Positions 31,926 to 42,549 of a DNA stretch of 64,000 bases are shown in pieces. Made by a program: the position numbers and the translations under genes. Every line of letters begins with the position of its first letter. Positions within the stretch are counted from its first letter, which is position 1. Source of the stretch: a virus. The stretch is taken from IMG/VR virus record IMGVR_UViG_3300032214_000986, positions 56,085 to 120,084 of that record; one strand, given 5' to 3'. The notes beneath the pieces are model-generated. The model was not told where the DNA came from. It did not search any database and saw nothing but the letters and a program-made list of their open reading frames with translations.

Positions 31926-32558
31926 TTAATTTTTAAATGTTTCGTAATTACCGATTTTTATTCCGTCCCCTCCGGTTACAACAACAATGGATGCGTTCAC
32001 AAATAGACCCTTTAGTTCAATTTTACAGTCTAATGCTAATGAGTTATAATCGTTTCTATCTAATTGTTCTTTATGTGGTTTAGATTTCATAAAATTCATA
32101 AAAAATTCTTTAGCCAATTTTTCATTTGTCATTCCATCCAAGAAATAATATCCATTAGTAATGACTTCAGCATTAGGTGCAAAATCCTTATTAGTGTTAT
32201 AAAAAATAATTCTATTAGCAAAATTAGGAATGAGGGTATCTTTACCAACATATTTAAACTTGTCAGAACCAACTGTTTCAATTGGAGTTTCTCCGTGAGT
32301 AATAACAGATTTGTTAGTACCTGGGGTTTTATTTACCCACACCATATTAAAAAGATAGTTATTGTGGTGTTCACAACCTAAACTAGCGGTTTGATTAACA
32401 TTTACATCCTTAATCCCATTATGTAGAGTCTTTCTATATTCATTTAAAATTTTAACAAAATAAAACTCAACACTATCTTCAGTTATTTGAGAAAATAAGA
32501 ATGTTGGTAAAAAAAATAGACAAAAAATTAATGTAGATTTCATAGTGTTTGTTTTCAT
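31926..32558 (-). CDS. Secreted CAP/SCP-like domain protein
   Basis: Signal peptide MKSTLIFCLFFLPTFLFSQ; LNEYR..A..H..Y, AEVI and FMKSKPH motifs; TATATTAG host-type -7 element upstream. Confidence 0.7.
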   Translation of the reverse strand: MKTNTMKSTLIFCLFFLPTFLFSQITEDSVEFYFVKILNEYRKTLHNGIKDVNVNQTASLGCEHHNNYLFNMVWVNKTPGTNKSVITHGETPIETVGSDKFKYVGKDTLIPNFANRIIFYNTNKDFAPNAEVITNGYYFLDGMTNEKLAKEFFMNFMKSKPHKEQLDRNDYNSLALDCKIELKGLFVNASIVVVTGGDGIKIGNYETFKN

Positions 32559-32615
32559 ATTGCTAATATACACATTTTTACGATACTTACGATATTTATT
32601 TATAAAAATATTTCA

Positions 32616-34187
32616 ATGGAAGAAGATAAAAAAATATTAGAAGAAATAACACGAATTAGTTTTTTAACCAATTATGACCCTAAAAAAGTTATAAGTGAAC
32701 AAAAAACTAAGAAGGGCGGTTTTAGTCTTGGTGGTGAATTTGGTAATAAAGAATTTAATTTTAGAGGTAGACAAAGAGATCCAGGAAGAATGAGTCTTGA
32801 TTTTAGTTATGAAAAAGAACTAGATAAAGGTTTAGATACTGTTGGCGATGTGTTAGGTAAAATGAATGCGGAATTAGGGGGTGATACAGAGTTTAAAAAT
32901 CTACCAACTGAAACTAAAAATATGTTAGCAAATGGATTTTATAATGCGATTACATTATTAATTAATGGTCAAAAATTACCTAAAGAAGACAAAGAAGGTC
33001 TTAAAAAAATTAAAAAATTCTTTAAGAAATCACAAAAATGGAAATTTGATATTATTACTCCTGACGATGCAATTTCTACAGTAGACATTAAAGTTAGCGG
33101 TAAGGGTGATATGTCATCTTTAGATACTTTAAATTCTGTGATGACTAGTGAGATAACAAACCTTAATAACAGTAACTCTAATGAAGGGACAATTTTAAGT
33201 AAAACTGCAAGTTATTTTTCATATGATAAAAAATCAGGAGACGTTAATTCTTTACCATTACAAAAATCTGTAATGTCAACATTATTTGCAAGGGCATCAA
33301 GACCATTAAAAACTAAAGAACTTTCACCAGAAAACGTGATTAATGAAACAGGAGAACTTAATGTTGTGATGCCACGTATACCTGGAAAATATGCAAAGGG
33401 GTCATCCGATCCTGGTATGTTTTTTAAAGGTCTTATGGATAGAATTTTAAATGAAATTTATCAATCGGAAGTTACTATTGGTGGTGAAACTAAAACAGTT
33501 AAAGAGATGATTGAGTGTGGGACCGATAACTGTGACTCTCAATACCGTATAAGTGTAACCGATGCAACTATAGTATCATCGGCAAGTAATACGTGGACGA
33601 ATGAGGTTTTAGATTTTACTCACAAAAATAATGGTGATAAAATTAAAGATGTTACCGAAATATCAAGTTCAGGTAAAAACCCTAAAAATCTTAAACTAGC
33701 AAGAGATAGAGCTAATAACTTAATACAGTTAGTTATGCAAGATTTAGGTAAAACCCCTGGGTTAAATTTATCATCGAATTGGGCGAATAGTATTGAAACG
33801 GAACTTAGAATTACAGATACAGGTGGTAAAGTAGATGAAGAAAGAGATAAAACACAATACCCTAATGCGGGACAGTACTCCGAAATATCAATAGGATTTA
33901 TGGTTTATAAAACATCTAAAAGAACTGTTAGCGCAAGTAACCAACTTAGTGGTACAATATCACAAAGAATAATTGTACTTAGATATGTTGGTGGTAAGGC
34001 TGCTAATATTGAACTTGATTTTAATTTTGAAATGCCGACTAAGAACGAATCACTTTATTTAAGGAAAGGTATATTCCATTTAAAAAATCTATCCCCTGGT
34101 ACTACTGAACGTAGAACACAGAAATTATATAATAAAAGAGATAGGGACTTTGAAAGAAATAGAAAGGCAAATAACCCAGGACGTTAA
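32616..34187 (+). CDS. Leader-bearing hypothetical protein with degenerate OmpA-like segment
   Basis: Leader ILEEITRI..VISEQ; SSASN..NLKLARDRANNL; TATTTAT at 32593-32599 on the sense strand. Confidence 0.65.
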   Translation: MEEDKKILEEITRISFLTNYDPKKVISEQKTKKGGFSLGGEFGNKEFNFRGRQRDPGRMSLDFSYEKELDKGLDTVGDVLGKMNAELGGDTEFKNLPTETKNMLANGFYNAITLLINGQKLPKEDKEGLKKIKKFFKKSQKWKFDIITPDDAISTVDIKVSGKGDMSSLDTLNSVMTSEITNLNNSNSNEGTILSKTASYFSYDKKSGDVNSLPLQKSVMSTLFARASRPLKTKELSPENVINETGELNVVMPRIPGKYAKGSSDPGMFFKGLMDRILNEIYQSEVTIGGETKTVKEMIECGTDNCDSQYRISVTDATIVSSASNTWTNEVLDFTHKNNGDKIKDVTEISSSGKNPKNLKLARDRANNLIQLVMQDLGKTPGLNLSSNWANSIETELRITDTGGKVDEERDKTQYPNAGQYSEISIGFMVYKTSKRTVSASNQLSGTISQRIIVLRYVGGKAANIELDFNFEMPTKNESLYLRKGIFHLKNLSPGTTERRTQKLYNKRDRDFERNRKANNPGR

Positions 34188-34191
34188 TAAC

Positions 34192-34221
34192 AAAAAACCC
34201 AACCGAAGTTGGGTTTTTTTT
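34192..34221. terminator. Bidirectional intrinsic terminator (cUUCGg loop on minus)
   Basis: AAAAAACCCAACCGAAGTTGGGTTTTTT between convergent genes. Confidence 0.85.
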
Positions 34222-35056
34222 ATTTAAGTAAGTTGTAATATTCTTTAAAATGTTTGATTCTATCAGGTAACCCGATAGTACCTCCATTCACTCTTTTAGT
34301 AACCGCAGTTACAGTGGCGTCGTCAGCGCCCTTGTCACAGATAGCCCATAGCTTATTTGAATCAAAGAAGAAAGCCGCAGACGCCAATGGATATTTAGTT
34401 GCAACTAAATCCGGATTAGCAATACAATCTTCACCGATGAATTTAGTAAAATTAGTATAGTTCGCCTTTCCGGTTAATTGGATGTAACCACGTCCTCTAA
34501 ATTTAAAACCTTCTTTCGATGCTTCGTCACCATTACCCATTCTACTTGCATAAACGCGAGCGGCGATTTTTTCAGGTTGTCTAGCATACGACTCATTTAA
34601 ATTACCTGGGAAGTATTTTCCAAATATTTTCTTTAAACCGTCAGCAGAATAATTTAAATTCTCAGATACTGCTTTAAAACCACCTGATTCATGACCACAT
34701 TGAGCCAAAAAGTGAGCTAAACGTAGGTTGTTTGTAATATTAAACTTTTTAGCGGTATCAGGAATCTGAGCAATTACAGCATCAGGAATATGTCCCTTTA
34801 ATTTTTCAATATTTAAAGCCCCACCTGAAGGGATAATAACATCTTCCTTAATCACATCAGTAACAGGTGCCGATTCACCAAACAATTTTGCCCAAGTTGC
34901 ATCCCCAACGATACCATCATCCTTAAGACCATTTGCCTTTTGCCACTCTTTAACAGCCGCTTCCGTTTTAGGTCCGAATTTACCTATAGCTTCCACACCT
35001 AATTTCTCTTGGAGTTTTTTTACGTCAGCCCCTTCTGAACCATTTTTTAATAACAT
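34220..35056 (-). CDS. Endolysin: peptidoglycan-binding domain + GH19 lysozyme/chitinase-like domain
   Basis: LKNGSEG.DVKKLQ..GKFGPKT; AHFLAQCGHESG..ENLNYS; FRGRGYIQLTGK.NY; TKRVNGG. Confidence 0.92.
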   Translation of the reverse strand: MLLKNGSEGADVKKLQEKLGVEAIGKFGPKTEAAVKEWQKANGLKDDGIVGDATWAKLFGESAPVTDVIKEDVIIPSGGALNIEKLKGHIPDAVIAQIPDTAKKFNITNNLRLAHFLAQCGHESGGFKAVSENLNYSADGLKKIFGKYFPGNLNESYARQPEKIAARVYASRMGNGDEASKEGFKFRGRGYIQLTGKANYTNFTKFIGEDCIANPDLVATKYPLASAAFFFDSNKLWAICDKGADDATVTAVTKRVNGGTIGLPDRIKHFKEYYNLLK

Positions 35057-35107
35057 ATGTATTAGTTTAATTAATTATGCGTTTTACACATTTAATAAAT
35101 ATGTCAT

Positions 35108-37339
35108 TTATCGGGTGATTATCAAGTTACCTTTGATTTCTTTTCTTAAACCTGTTTTAGGATGACCAAAAGAGACTACCCAATTATATGAACCGTCAGG
35201 ACACATTACATTATTGTATGTACCGTCCCAATATGAGGTGTGACTATAGGTCTCCCATATTATTTCACCCCATCTATTATAAATTTTCATATTGAAGTCA
35301 TTAGGGTCAAATCCTGCAGTGAATACCATTCTGAAAGTTTGATTATGTTCGTCACCATTGGGTGTAAATGTATTAGGTATGTAAATTAGTTCTTCAGGAC
35401 AAAGGTCTATGGTTACGTTAAAATCTTCAGGGAATGACACACAACCATTTTCCCATCTTACGACTTCAAATTCAAACATACCTTCTTCGTCCCAAGTGAT
35501 ATTAATTGTTGGTCCTTGTAATGTATCGCCAAAGACATACCATTCATTATAACCACCATTAGGGGAAATTGCTTCATATAAATCAATGATACTATCACCC
35601 TCACATAATTCGTGATATTCATACGAAACATTAGGTCTTCCATCGATAACAGGGGTTAACGATGGTCGTGGGTAAACTTGTACGTTTATATTTGTGTCGA
35701 ATATACATCCCGATTGTGAATAAACATAATTAATATTATCGAGACCAACAAAACCATTATCAGGACAATATTGGTCATTCCAAACATTGTTACCCGATAA
35801 CACACCACCTGAAGGAGTTACAGTTATCGGTAAACATCCATCATACTCACAGTAAGGACCCATAGGGTCTATTATTGGTAGTATGTTTAAAACGTCAATC
35901 GTAAATGTTTCCGTTTGACTTAAACACCCATTAATATTCTCACCATAAACTGATAGCATATTATTGTAGTTCCCACCAACAACTCCAGTCACATCTAAAT
36001 TAATAGTATCATTACCTTGACCCGATGTTATATTACCATTTGTCGTTGACCAATTATATACTAGGTTAGGTATTGGACTTGATATATTAAATTGATTCGT
36101 TGTAGAATTAAAACATAATATACTTGTACCAATAATTGGATTAATAATAACAGGTTGTGGGTCTACTAATGTTGCAACGGAAGTTACTGTACATCCAGCA
36201 CCGTCTGTTATTGTAAATGGGTATGAACCTTCACATAACCCCATTTGATTAAATGATGGAGGTTGACCACCATTCCAAGAGATTGTTTGAACACCAGTAC
36301 CCCCTTGTGGGATTATGTCAACAATACCATCACAGTAGTTATCACACGTCGGATTTACAAGATTTATAATTGGTGGTGGTAAGTTCGGTGGTCCAGGCAA
36401 TACAAATACCGTATCGGGACCTAATCCCGCACTTGCATTACAAGTCGACCATCCCGTATTACAAATAGGATAAACAAAATGACAGGTATAATTTGCACCT
36501 GCCGCTGGTGGGGTTACTGTTATGGTCGGACCGGTACCAATTGGGTTTGGATTACCAACCTGATACCATGTTAGGGTAGGGGTAACCACAGGACCACTCG
36601 GTGTCCATCTATACGCTTCGTTTTGTGTTGTCCAAGCAGTTGAGTTTCTTCCTGGCGAAGCAATACCAATAGTACCTAACGAATTATGTATACCCTGCGT
36701 TGCAGTCCCACCTTGCCATTGTAAACAAGCCGGTTTATTTTGAATGTGGTTTTCAATATAATTTGTTGATTCGTAAATTACAATATGAAATGTTCCAAAA
36801 TTAGAAGTACAAGAGAACATTGGCATGTTTGTCCAACTAACAACTAACTTTCTACACGGAGCAACCCCTTGTACTTGATATCTGATTTGTCCACCTAAAC
36901 CAGGGTGCCAATCTTGCCAAGGCCCCATAATACAGTTTTTAGGTACCAAAGCATTTCCTGTTGGGATTGGTTGTGATGTAAATGTTGTTGGTTGTCCTGC
37001 TGAGAATGAAATCCAACCATTTGAACCTATATAGAATTGCGTATATGTTGTCCCAAAAAAACAAAAGTTAAACCCTATTTGAAAAGGTCCCTGTTGTGAA
37101 TCATCAGTCATGAATAACTGATTACCCGTATTGGTCTGATTTACGAATGGAATATTTGTAACACCGTAATTTGTTGTTTGATTGGGGTTAGGACCTCCAG
37201 GACCACACTGACTTAAGTCAGCAGTTAGGGTAGTAGACCCCACACCACAAGGTAATAATTGATTGGGTCCTAGATATGGACAATATTGAGAATAACTATA
37301 AAAAGTTATTAAAATAAAAAGATAACGTAGTAATTTCAT
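35108..37339 (-). CDS. Secreted protein with gliding-motility-associated (T9SS type B) C-terminal domain
   Basis: Signal peptide; nidogen-like YIGSNGWISF; SprB-like repeat; C-terminal IPNTFTPNGD..IYNRWGE..WDG..DGSY. Confidence 0.85.
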   Translation of the reverse strand: MKLLRYLFILITFYSYSQYCPYLGPNQLLPCGVGSTTLTADLSQCGPGGPNPNQTTNYGVTNIPFVNQTNTGNQLFMTDDSQQGPFQIGFNFCFFGTTYTQFYIGSNGWISFSAGQPTTFTSQPIPTGNALVPKNCIMGPWQDWHPGLGGQIRYQVQGVAPCRKLVVSWTNMPMFSCTSNFGTFHIVIYESTNYIENHIQNKPACLQWQGGTATQGIHNSLGTIGIASPGRNSTAWTTQNEAYRWTPSGPVVTPTLTWYQVGNPNPIGTGPTITVTPPAAGANYTCHFVYPICNTGWSTCNASAGLGPDTVFVLPGPPNLPPPIINLVNPTCDNYCDGIVDIIPQGGTGVQTISWNGGQPPSFNQMGLCEGSYPFTITDGAGCTVTSVATLVDPQPVIINPIIGTSILCFNSTTNQFNISSPIPNLVYNWSTTNGNITSGQGNDTINLDVTGVVGGNYNNMLSVYGENINGCLSQTETFTIDVLNILPIIDPMGPYCEYDGCLPITVTPSGGVLSGNNVWNDQYCPDNGFVGLDNINYVYSQSGCIFDTNINVQVYPRPSLTPVIDGRPNVSYEYHELCEGDSIIDLYEAISPNGGYNEWYVFGDTLQGPTINITWDEEGMFEFEVVRWENGCVSFPEDFNVTIDLCPEELIYIPNTFTPNGDEHNQTFRMVFTAGFDPNDFNMKIYNRWGEIIWETYSHTSYWDGTYNNVMCPDGSYNWVVSFGHPKTGLRKEIKGNLIITR

Positions 37340-37449
37340 ATGATTTTTTATTAATAAATAGTAAAAATATATGATATATCAAACCACCAGGATAGTATAA
37401 TTTTCAAAGGGGGTTGTTTAATTATTATTAAACCATGATATTTATTATT

Positions 37450-38022
37450 ATGTCTAAAATATCACTGTTAAAAAATCTATCAGACTTACTTGTAGAACAA
37501 GGAGGTAAGTATGGTGAAATGATTGATCCGTCAACAGGAAAAAAGGTTGGAGATGCTATCGGGTCTTTAGATTTAACAGACCCATCAAATGTAACTAAAA
37601 GAACACCTAAAAATTTAAAATATAGTGAGACGGGTCAGTCAATAGTGGATGCTGCCGTAACCCAATTAGGTAAACCTTATAGTTGGGGTGATGAAACACC
37701 TGAAGAAGGATTTGATTGTAGTGGGTTAGTTACTTGGGCTTATAATCAGGCAGGTGTAACCATACCAAGAGGAACGGCAGAAAGTTTACGAAACCAAGCA
37801 AAGGTTGTTGATAAAAGCGAAGTTGTTCCAGGTGATATGATATTTTTTGATAATGGACCGAGTAGGGCAGGTGCTGACCACATAGGTATAGTCCACTCAA
37901 TTGATGGTGAAAAAATAAATATGATACACTCAGAAAGTACCGCAACGGGAGTTAAGATAACTAACGATATTTTAAACGGTTATTATGGCGGTACGTTTAT
38001 GAATTTCGGAAGAATAGAGTAA
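37450..38022 (+). CDS. NlpC/P60 (C40) peptidase with N-terminal leader
   Basis: LGKPYSWG..GFDCSGL..PGD..FF..HIGI..MIH; TATTTAT just upstream of ATG 37450. Confidence 0.9.
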   Translation: MSKISLLKNLSDLLVEQGGKYGEMIDPSTGKKVGDAIGSLDLTDPSNVTKRTPKNLKYSETGQSIVDAAVTQLGKPYSWGDETPEEGFDCSGLVTWAYNQAGVTIPRGTAESLRNQAKVVDKSEVVPGDMIFFDNGPSRAGADHIGIVHSIDGEKINMIHSESTATGVKITNDILNGYYGGTFMNFGRIE

Positions 38023-38130
38023 AAAAAACCTAATCTTCGGATGGGGGTTTTTATGTGGTAAAATTATAGATTAGTGTTGTATGAATATTATATTTTAGAG
38101 CATAAAAAAACCGTGACTTACGCCACGGTT
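38021..38130. terminator. Two terminator hairpins between convergent genes
   Basis: AAAACCTAATCTTCGGATGGGGGTTTTT and AAAAAAACCGTGACTTACGCCACGGTT. Confidence 0.65.
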
Positions 38131-38151
38131 CATCGCTCAGGTGATACGCCT

Positions 38152-38616
38152 TTATTTTAAAAAACGTAATTTATATAATGTTGAGTTTATTAATTCACAA
38201 ACAGTATCAATTTGGTTTTGAATGTATGAGTCATCACAACAATCCCTTAAATCCTCAACTTTACCACAAAGATCTTGTAAATATTTAATAGTTGATTCAG
38301 TACTTTTATATCCCTCAATGTCGTAAGATTTGTATCCATTTAAAATTCCGTATTTTCCTTGGAATGATTCAACTAACCCATCAATGATATCTCCTATACC
38401 GTTGTAATACCCATTTAATGCCATGTGTTCAGGGTATGAATTTGTTTGTAAATGTAATGTATGTACTTGTGTTCTTGAATGAAGTAGTAATGACATCATT
38501 TCTGTAAATTTACCATTTCCTGATGGTTTTTTATCCATCTCTTTTTCTTCTTCTTGTTCGGAGACCAATGAAGATGAACTGAAACCTTTTTTAATTAATT
38601 CTTTTTTAGTTATCAT
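38152..38616 (-). CDS. Ferritin/Dps-like four-helix protein (DUF5856-like) with leader
   Basis: HSRTQVHTLHLQT.SY.EH.AL..YY..IDGLVES.QG..G; ends YKLRFLK. Confidence 0.75.
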   Translation of the reverse strand: MITKKELIKKGFSSSSLVSEQEEEKEMDKKPSGNGKFTEMMSLLLHSRTQVHTLHLQTNSYPEHMALNGYYNGIGDIIDGLVESFQGKYGILNGYKSYDIEGYKSTESTIKYLQDLCGKVEDLRDCCDDSYIQNQIDTVCELINSTLYKLRFLK

Positions 38617-38643
38617 CTTTTTATTTTTTAATATATAAATATC

Positions 38644-39198
38644 TTAATTATCGCTTAATTCAGGAATAATCACTTCTTCAACAAAATAATCAACCTCATC
38701 TTCTAAATTACCAAGTTCACTATTTAGATATCTATGTGTTTTTGGTTCGAATTTAGATGAAATCTGCGTGTTATCATAAGTTTCGTAATCACCAGTATCC
38801 TCAACAAAGTCTAAAAGAGCTAAAGAACCATCTTTTTCAGCAACAATACAACCAACCCATTCAGTATCATTCCATTTAACCACACCGAAGTATAATTCTA
38901 CATCATTTTCTATCTCTTCATAGTCAAATTGGAAAGTAAACTCACTACCATCTTGTAATGTACGGGTCCATTTTTCACCTGTTTTACCCTCAAAATCGGT
39001 GTTTTTAGGGGTGTTTTGGGGGGTAAATTCACCCTTTTTACCACTATTTAACCATTCAGAATACGATTTTAGGGTCATTTTTTCCTCATTTTCAAGGTTT
39101 TCGTACCCAATTTCGTTCATTTTATCCAAAATTTGGTCTATTTCTTGGGTATTTTCAACCAAAAAACGGTATTGTGACTCTGTAATTATGATTTTCAT
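38644..39198 (-). CDS. Leader-bearing hypothetical protein (DUF6576-like helix)
   Basis: MKIIITESQY; IDQILDKM...GYENL..EE. Confidence 0.65.
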   Translation of the reverse strand: MKIIITESQYRFLVENTQEIDQILDKMNEIGYENLENEEKMTLKSYSEWLNSGKKGEFTPQNTPKNTDFEGKTGEKWTRTLQDGSEFTFQFDYEEIENDVELYFGVVKWNDTEWVGCIVAEKDGSLALLDFVEDTGDYETYDNTQISSKFEPKTHRYLNSELGNLEDEVDYFVEEVIIPELSDN

Positions 39199-39255
39199 AC
39201 TAATAAATAGTCTTTTTTGTTGGTTTTTACTGTAAAAATGAGTATTTTAGCTTAA

Positions 39256-40530
39256 ATGTTAGTAGAAAAACTCAAAAATATCCCAAAAAGTAGTGGTTGT
39301 TACCTTTTTAAAGACAAAAAAGGTCAAATTATCTATGTTGGTAAGTCAAAATACCTCCCAAATAGGGTAAAATCGTACTTTTCTAACAAAAATCACTCAA
39401 CAAAGACCAAAATATTGGTAGAAAACGTTGTAGATGTTGATTTTTTGACCACTTTAGACGAAAATTCAGCATTAATTCTTGAAAATGACCTTATTAAGAC
39501 CCATAATCCTAAATTTAACATCAAATTAAAGGACGATCGGTCAAAAAAATGGTATTTAACCCTTACAAATGACAATTTTCCTCGTTTAGTGGTAAAAAAT
39601 GACACAACTTTAGACTCTGAACCATTAATTGAGGTACCAAGTAGTAGTTTATGTCATGAAATGTATGATTTATTACACGATATATTCAATTTACGGTCCT
39701 GTTCTTATGAATTAACCCCCGAAAACATTGAAAATGATAAGTTTAAGGTCTGTTTAGAGTATCATATGGGTAGGTGTGATGCTCCTTGTGTGTCAAATAT
39801 TAACAAATTTATCTATCGTGAGGTTATATCTGACCTAAAACAGGTAATTTTATTCAATTTTGACCAACTTAGGGGTAAATTAACCCGTAAAATGAACGCA
39901 TTTAGTAAAAATATGGAGTTTGAACAGGCAAATACCATTAAATTTAGGTTAAATGCTCTTGATAAGTATGAAAAATGTGTAGAATCGTCAAGAATTGGTG
40001 GTTATTTAGTGATTGCGGACGAGTTTAAGACCACTTATGGGTTAAAAAACACCCCAATTGACATAGAAATGTACGATAATTCACATATTATGGGTGATTG
40101 TCAGGTATCTGCCCTTGTTAGGTACACAAATGGTAAGAAAAACACATCAGAATACCGTAAATTTAACATTAAAACGGTAGATGGTCCTGACGATTATGCG
40201 TCTTTTGATGAGGTTTTACGTAGAAGGTTTACAAGATTATTAAAAGAACGTAAAAAACTACCTGATATGGTAGTGATTGATGGCGGTAAAGGACAATTAG
40301 GGGTAGTAAAGAAGGTTTTTGAGGAACTTTCACTACTTAATAGGGTAGATTTGTTATCAATTGGTAAAAATTCGTCTCACAAGTCAGATATTATCCATTT
40401 TTGTGACGGAAATAGTGTAAAATTTGAAAAATCTAAGTTTTTTAACCTACTTGGGTCTATTCAAGACGAGGTTCACAGGTTTGTTATTACATTTCACCGT
40501 AAAAAACGTTCAAAATCAATGTTTTTATAA
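39256..40530 (+). CDS. uvrC: UvrC-like excinuclease (GIY-YIG + UVR + RNase H-like), lacking the C-terminal HhH domain
   Basis: GCYLF..IIYVGKS..NRVKSYF; ENDLIK..PKFN; DNSH..EYRKFNIK..DDY; PD..VIDGGKGQL; QDEVHRF. Confidence 0.88.
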   Translation: MLVEKLKNIPKSSGCYLFKDKKGQIIYVGKSKYLPNRVKSYFSNKNHSTKTKILVENVVDVDFLTTLDENSALILENDLIKTHNPKFNIKLKDDRSKKWYLTLTNDNFPRLVVKNDTTLDSEPLIEVPSSSLCHEMYDLLHDIFNLRSCSYELTPENIENDKFKVCLEYHMGRCDAPCVSNINKFIYREVISDLKQVILFNFDQLRGKLTRKMNAFSKNMEFEQANTIKFRLNALDKYEKCVESSRIGGYLVIADEFKTTYGLKNTPIDIEMYDNSHIMGDCQVSALVRYTNGKKNTSEYRKFNIKTVDGPDDYASFDEVLRRRFTRLLKERKKLPDMVVIDGGKGQLGVVKKVFEELSLLNRVDLLSIGKNSSHKSDIIHFCDGNSVKFEKSKFFNLLGSIQDEVHRFVITFHRKKRSKSMFL

Positions 40531-40585
40531 TAAAAAACCCCATATGATTAATTCAAATGGGGTTTCAGTTAGATTTATTGATGTA

Positions 40586-40879
40586 TTAGTCTTCAGGAAA
40601 GATACTACTTTTAACTCTGACACCTTTTGGTAATTCAAAATCAGTTCTTCTTGTTCTTTCTTGTCTTTTATATCTTTCAACAGGGAATTCACTATTTAAT
40701 TTGTTTAATTCAACAATATAGTCTGTCCCATGTTCATTTATTCTATTAATTACGTCATCAACCAACTCAGTTCTTTCAGATGCTGATATTCCGGTTACGA
40801 AATCTTCATTTTCATTAACAATATTTTTAACAATTCTGTTAATTTCCGTTTCTGTGATTCTTTTTATCATTTTTTTCAT
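40586..40879 (-). CDS. Leader-bearing hypothetical protein
   Basis: RITETEINRIVKNIVNE. Confidence 0.7.
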   Translation of the reverse strand: MKKMIKRITETEINRIVKNIVNENEDFVTGISASERTELVDDVINRINEHGTDYIVELNKLNSEFPVERYKRQERTRRTDFELPKGVRVKSSIFPED

Positions 40880-40881
40880 TT

Positions 40882-42162
40882 TTATAATCCTAAATCCGAT
40901 AAATCGATGTCGTCATAATTATCATCATCTTCATCTGGTAATGCTTCTTTGTAAGCTTGTTTTTTTAAGTCATTTATGATACCATCAACCAATCTTTCAA
41001 TGAATTGTCTACCTTTAGGGTCATCATTCATTATTAATTGTGCAATTTTAAAGAATTCTTTAGCGTCAAGTGCCGAAAATCGCATAAACAAGTAGTGTTG
41101 GATGTGTTTTTTATCTTCATCAAACAATTCCATAGGATAGGTAGACGTAAACTTCTCCCAAAAGATAGGACCAAGTCTTGAATCCCATATTTCCGCTGGT
41201 AATGTATCTTCAGCATTTAAAATCATCTCTTGTTGTTTTGGATCATCAGGTAAACCGTGAGTTCCAAAGATTTCATACACACCTTTAACTAATTCGTGAA
41301 CCAATAATGGGAATGTTACCGCCTTTGCCTTAACTGTTGGTGGGTCTGTTTCTTCATCAACCTCTGATTGACCCATTTGACCACCGCCACCACCGGCCAT
41401 ACCTTCCATATCAGGGAAAATCCAATAAGCATGTTCCATTAATGCTTGTGATACACCATAAAGATTCAATAATCTTGGGTCCATATCGTTAAGTTCGTTA
41501 GAAACTAAAACATACATATGTCCTCCCTTAAACGCGGCCCCTTGGATGAGTGAATTAATGAATCTTCTTTTAGATCTTTCTAAATTAAAAGTTTCCATGT
41601 CACCCATAAACTCCTCAACTTCTTCTTCTGATGGTAATTCAGGTTCAGATTGCATCCCTTCGGCAGCACCCATCGGTTGCATTACAAGTTCAGCTTTGAA
41701 TTGCATCGCACCTTCAGGAATACCCATCTCTTCTTGAACAAGTTTAATCGCTAGTTGCTCCAATTCTTCTTTGTGTCTCATTTGAATACCGACAATTTGT
41801 TGCATAGACTGCATAACAGTCATCATCAATTGCATAAGTGGGTTACCCCCTTGAATAACTTGTGTGTTACCCATGTATCTTCTTACTTTCTCTACTGAAT
41901 CTTTAAATCTTTTAGATGAAATCAATTCAATAAAGTCTCTATCCATTTTTGGGATAGCAGGGAAGTTATGGTAAGGAGTTTCTTTACCTGTGATTTTTCT
42001 TTCGATACCCGGTTCCATTCTTTCAGGTCCTTCATAATCTATAGGAGCTTCATTAAGTTTGGAATTAATGGTTGCCAATCTGTCCATCTCATTATCTGAC
42101 AGACCTTCAAGAACAAGTTTTGCTCTTAATAGATTTTTTTCTTCTAATAGATGTTTTTTCAT
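40882..42162 (-). CDS. Conserved-looking large-phage protein with HExxK motif
   Basis: KRRFINSLIQG, FPLLVHELVKG and EIWDSRLGP segments; function not assignable. Confidence 0.7.
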   Translation of the reverse strand: MKKHLLEEKNLLRAKLVLEGLSDNEMDRLATINSKLNEAPIDYEGPERMEPGIERKITGKETPYHNFPAIPKMDRDFIELISSKRFKDSVEKVRRYMGNTQVIQGGNPLMQLMMTVMQSMQQIVGIQMRHKEELEQLAIKLVQEEMGIPEGAMQFKAELVMQPMGAAEGMQSEPELPSEEEVEEFMGDMETFNLERSKRRFINSLIQGAAFKGGHMYVLVSNELNDMDPRLLNLYGVSQALMEHAYWIFPDMEGMAGGGGGQMGQSEVDEETDPPTVKAKAVTFPLLVHELVKGVYEIFGTHGLPDDPKQQEMILNAEDTLPAEIWDSRLGPIFWEKFTSTYPMELFDEDKKHIQHYLFMRFSALDAKEFFKIAQLIMNDDPKGRQFIERLVDGIINDLKKQAYKEALPDEDDDNYDDIDLSDLGL

Positions 42163-42524
42163 TATTCCTCTCCCATTTCAATTCCTAATTCATCAAAAGA
42201 TAACCAATTAGGTAATCCACTTTCATCCTCAGCTTTAGGGTTCTTCTTAGGTCCTGGTTTTGGACTATAAGGTGTACCAGGTTTTTTAGGTTTTGTTGGT
42301 GTATCGACATCAGGTCTTACTTGTGGTTTTATAGTGGTATCACCAAATTCCACATCATCCATATCCTCAATGTCTAATACGTCCATATCTGCATCCGTAT
42401 TTAAGTCTATCATATCCATGTCTTCTTCGACAGGTCTATTCTCTTGTTCTGAAATAACTTTCCCAGCCTTATAACCAAAAAGGTACTTCATTTCTTGTAA
42501 TTCTTGTTTAATCTTGTTGTCCAT
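42162..42524 (-). CDS. Leader-bearing acidic/Pro-rich protein
   Basis: MKYLFGYKAGKVISEQ; PKPGPKKNPKA. Confidence 0.7.
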   Translation of the reverse strand: MDNKIKQELQEMKYLFGYKAGKVISEQENRPVEEDMDMIDLNTDADMDVLDIEDMDDVEFGDTTIKPQVRPDVDTPTKPKKPGTPYSPKPGPKKNPKAEDESGLPNWLSFDELGIEMGEE

Positions 42525-42549
42525 AATAATTTATTTAATAAATATCTGT

